DNA of 64,000 nt from Anaerolineales bacterium (lineage in GTDB: Bacteria > Chloroflexota > Anaerolineae > Anaerolineales > Villigracilaceae), in the NCBI GenBank assembly GCA_020634895.1, contig JACKAV010000009.1:65465-129464 (forward strand), given 5' to 3'. This document shows, one piece after another, positions 53,839 to 63,538 of the stretch. Numbering within the stretch: position 1 is the first letter of the stretch; the number at the start of each line of letters is the position of its first letter. The position numbers and the translations under genes are program-made. Under the pieces are notes generated by a model. It saw only the letters and a program-made list of their open reading frames with translations. It was not told the DNA's origin and ran no database searches.

Positions 53839-54303
53839 TTACTTCTTTTCGGTCTTTTTGGTCGAAGTGGATTTCTTAGCGGTGGACTTTTTCTCTGTGG
53901 AAGGCTTCGCATCCGCTTCCTTCTCAGCCTTGGCGGGTTTCTCCGCTTTAGCCTTGGGTTTCGCCTCAGCCTTTGCAGGCTTCTCACCCGGCTTGCCGAT
54001 GAAATCGATCATCAGGCGGGTATAGTGGGCGCGGTTGCCGCCGCGAACGCGGATGCGTTTCTTGGGGCGATACTTGAACGAGAGAACCTTGGGTCCTTTG
54101 ACGTGGTCCACCACGGTGGCGGAGACTGTAATTCCGCTGACAGTGGGTGTACCGACGGATACTGCGTCCCCATCCGCCATGAGCAAAACGCGTTCAAAAT
54201 CGAACGACTTGCCCACTTCATGAGCGAGGCGGTCCACATCGATCGTGGTGCCTTCGACGGCGCGATACTGCTTGCCGCCGCTTTCGACGATTGCAAATTT
54301 CAT
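53839..54303 (-). CDS. rplU: 50S ribosomal protein bL21 with Lys/Ala-rich tail
   Basis: MKFAIVESGGKQY, KYRPKK, GNRAHYT. Confidence 0.95.
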   Translation of the reverse strand: MKFAIVESGGKQYRAVEGTTIDVDRLAHEVGKSFDFERVLLMADGDAVSVGTPTVSGITVSATVVDHVKGPKVLSFKYRPKKRIRVRGGNRAHYTRLMIDFIGKPGEKPAKAEAKPKAKAEKPAKAEKEADAKPSTEKKSTAKKSTSTKKTEKK

Positions 54304-54436
54304 TATCTTTTCTCCAGTCATTCACTTCGCCACAGAGTGTGCGGGTTACCTGCACCCTTCGCCTACTCCTGGGGAAGCTGGGGTTGTAAACAAACAACTA
54401 CCCCGGAATCTAACCTCCGGGGTGGAAGCGGACGGT

Positions 54437-54466
54437 ATTATACATGCAGACTCGCAGACTTGTCAA
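54437..54466 (-). promoter_or_regulatory. Consensus sigma70 promoter for rplU-rpmA-rpmE
   Basis: TTGACA (54466-54461), 18 nt, TATAAT (54442-54437). Confidence 0.75.
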
Positions 54467-54530
54467 CAAGTTTTCAGAGGAGAGTCTGCCGTGTTTCGCT
54501 TAACAGGCAACCGGTCCGGGAAGAGGCGGT

Positions 54531-55004
54531 TTATCCCTTTGGGATGATGGCGGTGATGGTCCTGGTCACAGCCTGCAATTGACCGGCATGCGCCTTGAGC
54601 TTGTTCGCGTCACCCGTTTTCAAACCCGATTGGACATCCGTAATGGTCTTGGAGGTTGAGGCTTCGTTGTCGATGATCTTTTGGGTGATGCTCTCCATGT
54701 TGACCAACATCTGCATTACGTTCTTGGGAATGAGGGGCACATTCTTGAGGATGGGCAGCAGCACATCCAGGATCTGGTTGGCGGTGCGGGCGTATTTGAC
54801 CGTGAGCGTGTGAAGCGAACCAATGGAGGAGGTCAACTCGATGGCAACCTCCTGGATCGCGTCGATCATTTCCTTGTGCTGCTCGATGATCTTGGAAATA
54901 TCCTGAATGGATGCGGTGAGCTTATCTGAAAATTTCACGTAAGAAACAGTGCTCGAGCTTGCGGTGGAACCACTTTTTACAGAACCTCTGATCGGTGTTG
55001 GCAT
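54531..55004 (-). CDS. Hypothetical all-helical protein, 157 aa
   Basis: SD ggagg before ATG 55004; amphipathic helical pattern. Confidence 0.7.
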   Translation of the reverse strand: MPTPIRGSVKSGSTASSSTVSYVKFSDKLTASIQDISKIIEQHKEMIDAIQEVAIELTSSIGSLHTLTVKYARTANQILDVLLPILKNVPLIPKNVMQMLVNMESITQKIIDNEASTSKTITDVQSGLKTGDANKLKAHAGQLQAVTRTITAIIPKG

Positions 55005-55158
55005 GGAACGATACCTCCAATTGGGATTTTTTACATTGCCGATACGACAGCGTTGACCAAATATACTTTGAATCGTTTTGCAAAACAACCTTGTTGACAA
55101 AGCAGATTTTCTCGTATATGCTGGGAACGCAATCATTCTTATTATTAAGGAGATTACC

Positions 55159-56007
55159 ATGAGCGATGCTGATGCACGTTGGGAACGAACCCGGAGTTTT
55201 CTGCTCTGGCTGGCGATCCCGTTGATACTTGGGCTGCTGGCTGCATCGATAGTGCCGCAACCTGTCATTGGGGTGATACGACTTGAAGACGCCATTTACA
55301 CATATACAGCACAAAGCATGATCAAACAAATACGGTACGCCGCAGACCATCCGGAAGTCCGCGCCGTGGTGCTCGTCATCGACAGTCCAGGTGGAACCGT
55401 CGTGGACACAGAATCGATCTACATGGAATTGACGCGATTGCGCGAGAAGAAACCCGTTGTGACCGTTGTCAACGGCATGTCTGCCAGCGGCGGATACTAT
55501 CTGACTGTCAACACAGATTATGTGTTTGCCAAACCAACATCGCTTGTGGGCAATATCGGCGTGATCGGTTATCTGCCGCCCGCTCCGTTCGTGATCGAAG
55601 ATATCATCACAACGGGACCGTATAAATTATGGGGCGCGCCGCGCGATTCAGATATGCGCCAGGTGGAGATGATCAAGCAGGGATTCTTCGAAGCGGTGAA
55701 GCTTGGGCGCGGTGACAAACTCACAGCGGACGATTCGGTCACATTCAGCGGACAGATCTGGGCGGGGATCGATGCGTTGAAACTTGGCATCATCGATGAG
55801 TTCGGCACGGAAAATGACGGCGCGAAAAAAGCCGCCGAGTTTGCAAACGTCGCAAACTATAAAGTGTTGGACCTTGCCATTCCATCCGGCGCCGACCCGT
55901 ATGGCGGAATCTTCTTCGCTCAAAGTTCCGATGGCGTTTCAATGCCTTACCCGAAAGAGGCTGGGATCTACATGCTGTATATTCCGCCCCTGCCCATCAA
56001 ACAATAG
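55159..56007 (+). CDS. S49 family peptidase (short SppA type)
   Basis: IDSPGG, ASGGYY, GNIGV, GLIDE-like motif. Confidence 0.85.
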   Translation: MSDADARWERTRSFLLWLAIPLILGLLAASIVPQPVIGVIRLEDAIYTYTAQSMIKQIRYAADHPEVRAVVLVIDSPGGTVVDTESIYMELTRLREKKPVVTVVNGMSASGGYYLTVNTDYVFAKPTSLVGNIGVIGYLPPAPFVIEDIITTGPYKLWGAPRDSDMRQVEMIKQGFFEAVKLGRGDKLTADDSVTFSGQIWAGIDALKLGIIDEFGTENDGAKKAAEFANVANYKVLDLAIPSGADPYGGIFFAQSSDGVSMPYPKEAGIYMLYIPPLPIKQ

Positions 56008-56016
56008 GAGGATGTC

Positions 56017-57483
56017 ATGAAACGTCAATACTTAATTGCGATCCTTGCACTGCTCCTCCCCGCTCTGGTTCGCGGACTGTGGTTCTATCACGGCTTACCG
56101 TCGACCCGACCTGAGATTTCCACGCCTGATTACGCTTCATTTACAAGACCACAAGTTGCAGTCAGCACGCCTGATCTGGAAAATGTTCAGGAATTGGGCG
56201 GAACCGTTTTAATAGACGGCTATCACGGCAATCAGTTCATGTTGAATGAGATCGACTCGTTCACGAACGCCATCCGCCTGCGCGGCGGGACAGTGGAAAC
56301 AGTCACCGATTCGACCGCATTGGAACTTCAACTTAAATCTGCAAGCGCGTTCGTTACCATTTCGCCAAGCGTTACGTTCTCACCATACGAAGCGCTGCTG
56401 CTCAAGAAATTTGCAGACCGTGGCGGCAGGATTCTTGTCTTCGCTGATGCAACCCGCATCTCGCTTTATTACGATTACATCAGCGGCAACCCCATTGCCT
56501 ATGGAGATGCAAACGCCGCCAACTCCCTGCTGAAACAGTTCGATATTTCCATTAACAGTGATTATCTCTACAACACCAAAAAGAATGAAGGCAACTTCCG
56601 CAATGTGCTATTCGATAAATTCGGCAAAAGCGAATTGACCTTTGGCTTGAGCGAAGTGGCGCTGTACGGCACGCGCTCGGTCGAATCGACTTCGGGTCTG
56701 GTTCTGCTTCAGGGAACAAGTTCCACGCTCTCATCTTCGGACGATGCGCACAATCCCAATGCTGGCGGCGCTGTGTTAAGTGCCGACGGCAACGTGGCGG
56801 CATTCGGTGACTTTACATTCCTATCCACGCCGTATAACACGTACACCGACAATGCCACCCTCATCCAAAACCTTGCAGATTTTGCGTTATCCAGCGAGCG
56901 AACACCAAGCCTCACACTTTTCCCATATCTGTTCACGCAACAGACGGTTCAGGTCTATCTCGCGCCGGATATAGAAAAGACCCCGGAAGTTGTTACCGCG
57001 TTGGGAAGTTTGCAATCGGCAATGTCGCTTCTCAATTTGAAGGTTGAATTTGTGGATAAACTCCCCTCTTCCGGCGATACGATCATAATTGGTTTGTTCG
57101 ACTCAACGGATGACTTCGATGTGTTTTTGAAAAGAGCCGATGTTGAGATCAACGATCAAAAAATAGATACCGTCACATTTGGTGAAGTGGTGAAGTCCGG
57201 AAACGGCTTGGTGCTTTTCGACGCGGGCAAAAAAGGAAACACACTTGTCCTGCTTGCGAATACCACAGAAGACGCCATCTCCCTGCTTGGCGTGATGGGA
57301 TACGGCACGCTCGATAGCTGTTTGATGAGCGATAACGTTGCCGTGTGCAGTGTCGGGTACAGCGACTATTCCTCCGATGCCTACAGTGAAGACACGTATA
57401 GTGACTCAAGCGGTACGGGCGATACAACCACCACAGAAACAGTTGAACCAACTCCAGAGGCACAGCCAACGCCAAGCGGATAA
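56017..57483 (+). CDS. Membrane-anchored hypothetical protein with a DUF4350/GldG-like domain
   Basis: N-terminal TM, VLIDGYHGN, FADRGGRILV, Ser/Thr-rich tail. Confidence 0.65.
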   Translation: MKRQYLIAILALLLPALVRGLWFYHGLPSTRPEISTPDYASFTRPQVAVSTPDLENVQELGGTVLIDGYHGNQFMLNEIDSFTNAIRLRGGTVETVTDSTALELQLKSASAFVTISPSVTFSPYEALLLKKFADRGGRILVFADATRISLYYDYISGNPIAYGDANAANSLLKQFDISINSDYLYNTKKNEGNFRNVLFDKFGKSELTFGLSEVALYGTRSVESTSGLVLLQGTSSTLSSSDDAHNPNAGGAVLSADGNVAAFGDFTFLSTPYNTYTDNATLIQNLADFALSSERTPSLTLFPYLFTQQTVQVYLAPDIEKTPEVVTALGSLQSAMSLLNLKVEFVDKLPSSGDTIIIGLFDSTDDFDVFLKRADVEINDQKIDTVTFGEVVKSGNGLVLFDAGKKGNTLVLLANTTEDAISLLGVMGYGTLDSCLMSDNVAVCSVGYSDYSSDAYSEDTYSDSSGTGDTTTTETVEPTPEAQPTPSG

Positions 57484-57486
57484 GTC

Positions 57487-57519
57487 AAAGTCCCCGAGCA
57501 TGAAATGTTCGGGGACTTT
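57487..57519 (+). terminator. Palindrome / terminator (AAGTCCCCGA family)
   Basis: aaagtccccga-N11-tcggggacttt-t. Confidence 0.7.
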
Positions 57520-57557
57520 TCATTGACAAAACCTCCGCGATAATTTACATTCGCTTC

Positions 57558-59636
57558 ATGCCAAGCCTCAGCCTGCTTCAGCGTCAGATCATCGAATCGC
57601 CCCTCGACTCTCGTCTCTTCGTCTCCGGTGTGACGGGTACAGGCAAAACCACCGCCGGCGTCGAACGGATTCATTTCCTGCTTGAGCAGGGCATCCCCGC
57701 GGATTCGATTCTTCTGCTCACGCCACAGCGGACTCTCCAGGAGCCTTATCTCGATCTGCTGGAAAGTCCCAACCGGATGGCTGGCGGCGAAGTGACGCCC
57801 GCCACGATTGGCGGTTTGGCTCGCCGCATGTGTGACCTGTTCTGGTCACTCGCAGCGGAAAAAGCCGGCTTTCGAAACCCAGACCAGCCGCCCATCTTCC
57901 TTACGCTGGAGACAGCTCAATACTACATGGCACATCTTGTCCGCCCATTGATCGAAGAACGCGGATATTTCGAATCAGTCACCATCAATCGCAACCGTTT
58001 ATATTCCCAGATCATTGACAACCTGAACAAAGCCGCCATCGTCGGCTTTCCGCATACCGAGATCGGCGCGCGGTTGGATTCAGCTTGGTTCGGCGACCCC
58101 GCCCAGCGGCGCATCTACGCCGACGCACAGGAATGCGCGAATCTTTTCCGTCAATATTGCCTTGACCATAACCTGCTCGACTTTTCACTTCAACTTGAGA
58201 TATTCACAAACATCCTCTGGCGCGATGAACGATCGCGCTCATATCTCACTCAGACCTATCGTCACCTCATATATGACAACGTGGAAGAAGACGTCACCAG
58301 TTCGCATGACATCGTCCACGAGTGGCTGGCGGAATTCGACTCGGCGCTGCTGCTTTACGATCAGGCGGCAGGGTATCGCAAATTTCTGGGCGGCGATCCA
58401 GAAAGCGGCTTGGCATTGAGCCGTGATTGTGATCAAGTCATCGAATTGAATGAGTCGTTCGTCTCATCGGAAAATATCATCCAACTATCCAACGCGTTGG
58501 TATCCGCTGTCACCGAACAGGAGATCATGGAAGCTGGTGAAAGCGCGTCTGCGATGGAATTCATCATGACGCATTTTCACCCGGAGATGTTGGATGAAGT
58601 TGTGGAGCGGATCCGTTCGCTGCTCGAGGCTGGGACGCCGCCATCGGAGATCGTTATCCTCGCGCCGTATCTTTCCGACTCGCTGCGTTTCTCGATCACG
58701 AACAGACTCAACATCGCAGAAATCCCCTGGCGCAGCAACCGACCATCTCGTTCCCTGCGAGACGAAACCGCCAGCAAAACCTTGTTGACTCTTGCCGCGC
58801 TCGCGCATCCGCATTGGAATGTTCAACCGAATAAATTCGACGTATCACATGCATTGATGTTCGCATTGGGCACGGACCTGATCCGCGCTCAATTGCTGAC
58901 GGACATTGTTTACAGTCAACGTGAACTTCGGCTTTCCGCGTTCGATATCATCAAACCAGAAACGCAGGAACGCATCACCTACTCGCTCGGCTCGCGCTAT
59001 ACGTTACTGCGCGAATGGATCGAGAATTACCGCGCGTCTGAACCTTTGCCGTTCGATTTCTTCCTGCGGAAATTTTTCGGTGAAGTGTTATCCCAGCCTG
59101 AGTATGGTTTTCATTCCGATCTCGACTCCGTGCGGATCGCCGCAAGCCTCGTTGAATCGGTCAAGAAATTCAGGAATGCGATGGAACCCGCGCTGGAAAA
59201 TGACATGGACTTGGGCGTGGAATACATCACCATGCTGCAGGACGGCGTCATCGCCGCACAGTATCTCGAGTCATGGCGAAGCGAAGACAAAGATGCCGTA
59301 TTGGTCGCACCCGCCTACACCTTCCTGATGATGAACCGTCCCGCCGCGTTTCAATTCTGGCTCGACCCCGGCTCGGACGGCTGGTCGCAGCGCGTGTCGC
59401 AGCCGCTCACCCATCCCTATGTCCTTTCACGATACTGGGAACCGGGACGCATCTGGCAGGACTCTGACGAAGTGGAAATGGAAATAGAAACGCTCGCACG
59501 CCTCACGGGCGGACTTTTAGCCCGCTGCCGCGAAAAGATTTTTCTTGCCCTTTCAGACCTCGGCGCATCCGGCTTCGAGCAGCGTGGAAAATTACTAAGA
59601 GCATTTCAGAAGGTGCTGCAAAGCCAGGCTGGGTAA
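57558..59636 (+). CDS. UvrD/SF1 helicase-like protein with degenerate Walker B
   Basis: SGVTGTGKT, ILLLTP (motif Ia), LLDF, LIYDNVEED in place of DExQD. Confidence 0.75.
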   Translation: MPSLSLLQRQIIESPLDSRLFVSGVTGTGKTTAGVERIHFLLEQGIPADSILLLTPQRTLQEPYLDLLESPNRMAGGEVTPATIGGLARRMCDLFWSLAAEKAGFRNPDQPPIFLTLETAQYYMAHLVRPLIEERGYFESVTINRNRLYSQIIDNLNKAAIVGFPHTEIGARLDSAWFGDPAQRRIYADAQECANLFRQYCLDHNLLDFSLQLEIFTNILWRDERSRSYLTQTYRHLIYDNVEEDVTSSHDIVHEWLAEFDSALLLYDQAAGYRKFLGGDPESGLALSRDCDQVIELNESFVSSENIIQLSNALVSAVTEQEIMEAGESASAMEFIMTHFHPEMLDEVVERIRSLLEAGTPPSEIVILAPYLSDSLRFSITNRLNIAEIPWRSNRPSRSLRDETASKTLLTLAALAHPHWNVQPNKFDVSHALMFALGTDLIRAQLLTDIVYSQRELRLSAFDIIKPETQERITYSLGSRYTLLREWIENYRASEPLPFDFFLRKFFGEVLSQPEYGFHSDLDSVRIAASLVESVKKFRNAMEPALENDMDLGVEYITMLQDGVIAAQYLESWRSEDKDAVLVAPAYTFLMMNRPAAFQFWLDPGSDGWSQRVSQPLTHPYVLSRYWEPGRIWQDSDEVEMEIETLARLTGGLLARCREKIFLALSDLGASGFEQRGKLLRAFQKVLQSQAG

Positions 59637-59660
59637 AACAAAAGGAAATTGGGAATTTTC

Positions 59661-60803
59661 ATGAATATCCGAAAACGACCTTTGATCATCGCAAGCGTGT
59701 TTTTATTTGCGCTTTCCCTGTTCATTCGCTACCAAATATTGGGTTTCCAAAACCTCGATATGGTCCGGCTGCGTGAATGGTATGACTTTCTCCTTCACAA
59801 CGGCTACAAAGGTCTTGCGAATGGAGAGTTCTCAAATTACCCGCCTCTTTATCTTTATCTATTATTTTTCGCTACCCTTCTTAATAAATGGATCGATCCA
59901 TTTACAGCCATCAAACTTATCCCAACAGCTTTCGACCTGATCTCATTGGTTGCTGTTTACAAGATCGCCCGCGTCAAATATGACGGGGACAAGCCATACC
60001 TGATCGCATCTGCGTTTTTCCTCCTGCCGACCGTTATGTATAACAGTTCAGGCTGGGGGCAAATAGACGGCATGTACGGCGCGTTTTTGCTAATCTGCTT
60101 TTACTTTCTCCTCACAGAACGTCCCTTTTGGGCAATGGTCGCGTTCGGACTTGGCTTTTCCATCAAGGCACAGTCCATTTTTATTCTGCCCTTTCTGGGA
60201 ATCATGTTCCTCAGAAAACGAATCCGATGGTACGACTTTCTCATTGTGCCAGTCGTCTATCTTATTCTCGCGCTGCCGACTGTCATGCTTGGGCGGAGTT
60301 GGGAAAGCATTCTGTTCCTTTATGTGGGGCAGGCACAACAATTCAGCGAACTTGCGCGTTATGTCCCGAACTTATACATCCTATTGGTGGGACAACCGCT
60401 TCATCCCGCCTTCGAGATCGGCATGACCATCTTCGCAGTCTGCATGTTTGCATGGGCATGGGTCAATTGGAAAGCCAAAACACCAGTTACACAGAAACAG
60501 CTTGCGCTTACCGCATTGGCAAGCGCGGCACTCGTTCCATTTCTTCTACCCAAAATGCTGGATCGTTATTTCTATCCCGCGGACATCTTTTCGTTTGTCA
60601 CCGCGATCTTCATTCCCGAATTATGGTTCTTCGCCCTGTTTTTCCAGATAAGCTCGGGAATGGTTTATACGATCTTCACACTCGGCACGCCTCCATTGCT
60701 CGCGCTTGCCGGAGCATTGATCAATACTCCCCTTGTCTTTTTTATCATCCGCCGACAATTAAGAGCCTTGAAAGAAACTGAAGAAAATCACCCCACTCCC
60801 TAG
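59661..60803 (+). CDS. Polytopic GT-C-type glycosyltransferase (GT87/DUF2029-like)
   Basis: NYPPLY, WGQIDG, IKAQ, LPKMLDRYFY; many TM segments. Confidence 0.75.
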   Translation: MNIRKRPLIIASVFLFALSLFIRYQILGFQNLDMVRLREWYDFLLHNGYKGLANGEFSNYPPLYLYLLFFATLLNKWIDPFTAIKLIPTAFDLISLVAVYKIARVKYDGDKPYLIASAFFLLPTVMYNSSGWGQIDGMYGAFLLICFYFLLTERPFWAMVAFGLGFSIKAQSIFILPFLGIMFLRKRIRWYDFLIVPVVYLILALPTVMLGRSWESILFLYVGQAQQFSELARYVPNLYILLVGQPLHPAFEIGMTIFAVCMFAWAWVNWKAKTPVTQKQLALTALASAALVPFLLPKMLDRYFYPADIFSFVTAIFIPELWFFALFFQISSGMVYTIFTLGTPPLLALAGALINTPLVFFIIRRQLRALKETEENHPTP

Positions 60804-60811
60804 GAGAACAC

Positions 60812-61840
60812 ATGGAATCACAACATAAACACTGGCTGCCAATTTTCCTTCTCGTCTTATTGATCGCACTGGCAGGATGGTATTACTCGCAAAATCCGCC
60901 AGTCACCGCATCCGCCACCGAACAACCCGTGACCGTACTTGAGCTTGCCGGTCCCGCCGCGGACCGTGACGCCGAATTCTCCGGCTTGGCTTGGCATGGT
61001 GAGACGCTCATTCTCCTGCCGCAATATCCCGAACGATTCGGCGATGGTGACGGCGCCCTCTTCGCCCTCTCCAAAGCGGACATCCTCGCCGCAGTAGACG
61101 GCACGCTTCAGACTCCGCTCGAGCCTGTTACCGTCCATTTGAATGCGCCCGGGCTGAAAGAGTCCATTCCCTATTTTCAGGGCTACGAATCCATCGTCTT
61201 CAACGGTGACCAGGTCTTCCTGACCATCGAAGCGGGCGAAGGGACCGATATGCACGGCTATCTCGTCACCGGCAAGATCTCGGCTGACGAGAGCGAGATC
61301 ACGTTATCCACCAATAATGTTGTCGAAATCCCATTGGCTTTCCCCTCCGATAACCACGCTGACGAAGCCATCCTCATCGAAGGGGATTCCGTTTTGACCT
61401 TCTTCGAGATCAACGGTGCGGACTTGAATTCCGCTCCCGCCGCGCATGTTTTCGATTTCGGGTTGAACCCGCAGGGGATGATTCCATTCCCGAATATCGA
61501 ATACCGCGTCACTGACGCTGCCGCCGACTCTGGAAATAATTTCTGGGTCATCAACTACTTCTTCCCCGGCGACACCGACCTTGCCACAAACCACGACCCG
61601 CTCATCGAAAAATACGGAGTGGGTCCATCTCACGCCCAACATCCGCAGATCGAACGTCTCGTTGAAATGACCTATTCACCGGAAGGCATTACACTCACCG
61701 ACACAGCGCCAATTCAACTGGAACTCGAAAGCGACGACGCCCGCAACCTCGAAGGTTTGGTGCTGCTCGATGACAAAGGCTTTTTGCTCGTAACGGATAA
61801 ATACCCTTCTACATTATTTATGTTCGTGGAAAAACCATAA
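60812..61840 (+). CDS. Secreted hypothetical protein, probable beta-propeller
   Basis: N-terminal TM/signal, EFSGLAW, NLEGL...LVTD blade-like motifs. Confidence 0.65.
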   Translation: MESQHKHWLPIFLLVLLIALAGWYYSQNPPVTASATEQPVTVLELAGPAADRDAEFSGLAWHGETLILLPQYPERFGDGDGALFALSKADILAAVDGTLQTPLEPVTVHLNAPGLKESIPYFQGYESIVFNGDQVFLTIEAGEGTDMHGYLVTGKISADESEITLSTNNVVEIPLAFPSDNHADEAILIEGDSVLTFFEINGADLNSAPAAHVFDFGLNPQGMIPFPNIEYRVTDAAADSGNNFWVINYFFPGDTDLATNHDPLIEKYGVGPSHAQHPQIERLVEMTYSPEGITLTDTAPIQLELESDDARNLEGLVLLDDKGFLLVTDKYPSTLFMFVEKP

Positions 61841-61930
61841 TCCTATAAGGAATTTTTCAGACAATGGTTGCATAATAGTTGGGGCGGCTTTTCGCAAGCC
61901 GCCCCATACTTCGTGCAATCAGAGCAGCAT

Positions 61931-63493
61931 ATGACTAAAATTCCATTTTCCGAGGTTCTGGAAAAATCCAAAATCGTAAAAGCAAAAGAACTACAGATCG
62001 AACTCCCATCACAGCCTGTCCGATATTATCGTCACGGCTGGCAGTCGTGGTCACTGGCAGCGTGGACCGATACAAGCCCAATCCCAATACCCAAGCCTGC
62101 CATCTTTCATCCATTGCAAGTGGACGTGGAACAAGTCTATAAAAAATACCTGAACGGTTCATGGCTCGGTGCGGTAGAGTTTTCCGATGGAAACATTCTT
62201 CTTCTTGGGGCGTTGGCTACAGACGCGAATGTGTCTCTCGTTCAGGATCAACTCACAGGGCAGAGTGATGCGGATGAGATCGAATGGTTCATCGCCTATG
62301 GTCAGGAAAATGTCGTCTTCGAAGAATATGCCGAACAGTTGGGACGTCGTCTCGGCAAAACAAAAAAGAACGGCGTACCGCGTGTATGGTGTTCATGGTA
62401 CAGCCTGTATCAGGCGATCAACGAAACACTGCTCGATAAAATATTCAATGAGATCGACGACCTGCCGTTCGATGTTTTACAGATCGATGACGGCTGGCAA
62501 ATGGATATTGGCGATTGGGAGGCAAATCAAAAATTTCCATCGGGCATGAAGGCGCTGGCAGACCGAATCAAATCAACGGGGCGAAGAGCCGGTCTGTGGC
62601 TTGCGCCGTTGATCGCAACAAAGTCATCACGCCTCTTTCACGAACATCCAAATTGGTTTCTGCAAAAAGAAGACGGGCGACTGGTCTCGGCTGGATTCAA
62701 TTGGGGCGAGCGTTTATACGCGCTTGATACGACGCATCCTGACGTGACCTCATGGCTGGTTGCCCTCATGAAGCGGATTCGCGGCTGGGGCTTCGATTAC
62801 CTCAAATTGGACTTTCTATATGGCGGCGCATTGAAGGGAAAGCGCTACAAAGACATTCCGCGTGAAGCCGCGTATCGTGAATGTCTGCAAACGCTGCGCG
62901 AAGCAATGGGCGCGGACGCTTTCTTCCTGACCTGCGGAACGCCCATCCTCCCCGCCATTGGGGTATGCGACGCAATCCGCATCGGACCTGATGTCGCTTA
63001 CTATTGGGAAAGATTCCATGACGCGTATTTGCTTTATAACCCCACCGTCCCAGGCACGAGGAACGCCATCCGCACAACGCTTCATCGTCTGTGGCTGAAA
63101 CCCTTATTGCACATCGACCCCGACGTCGCCTACTTCGAAACATCAGGGAATCTGCTTTCGCATGCACAGAAAATCCTGCTGCAAGACCTTGCTCACATCT
63201 GCGATTTCAAAGCGACCTCCGACCTGCCGCAATGGATGACAAAAGAAGAACACGATGAACTACGCTCCTTTTTGGATGACAAACCCAAAGTCACCCAAAC
63301 CGGACGATATACGTTCAGCGTCAACGGTCACTTTGCGGATTTCAATTCCGCGATCGAACTGCCGCACATCCCCAAAGGATTGACCGCATTGGGCGGCAGG
63401 CTTCTGGGCTGGCTGGGGAATAGATATATCATTTTACGAATGTACAAGATACTAGACCTCGGAAAACTGCGAAAGAGACGGGCGATTTTGTAA
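61931..63493 (+). CDS. Alpha-galactosidase, glycoside hydrolase family 36
   Basis: WCSWY, QIDDGWQ, YLKLDF, IRIGPD. Confidence 0.88.
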   Translation: MTKIPFSEVLEKSKIVKAKELQIELPSQPVRYYRHGWQSWSLAAWTDTSPIPIPKPAIFHPLQVDVEQVYKKYLNGSWLGAVEFSDGNILLLGALATDANVSLVQDQLTGQSDADEIEWFIAYGQENVVFEEYAEQLGRRLGKTKKNGVPRVWCSWYSLYQAINETLLDKIFNEIDDLPFDVLQIDDGWQMDIGDWEANQKFPSGMKALADRIKSTGRRAGLWLAPLIATKSSRLFHEHPNWFLQKEDGRLVSAGFNWGERLYALDTTHPDVTSWLVALMKRIRGWGFDYLKLDFLYGGALKGKRYKDIPREAAYRECLQTLREAMGADAFFLTCGTPILPAIGVCDAIRIGPDVAYYWERFHDAYLLYNPTVPGTRNAIRTTLHRLWLKPLLHIDPDVAYFETSGNLLSHAQKILLQDLAHICDFKATSDLPQWMTKEEHDELRSFLDDKPKVTQTGRYTFSVNGHFADFNSAIELPHIPKGLTALGGRLLGWLGNRYIILRMYKILDLGKLRKRRAIL

Positions 63494-63538
63494 AGTTGAT
63501 GTGGGTTATACTACCTTCAACAAAAGCTTGGAGGTTGT

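Noticed and set aside
53839-53990. Lys/Ala-rich tail on bL21 as novel
   Set aside because: Low-complexity charged tails on bL21 and other ribosomal proteins are common and carry no recognisable domain.
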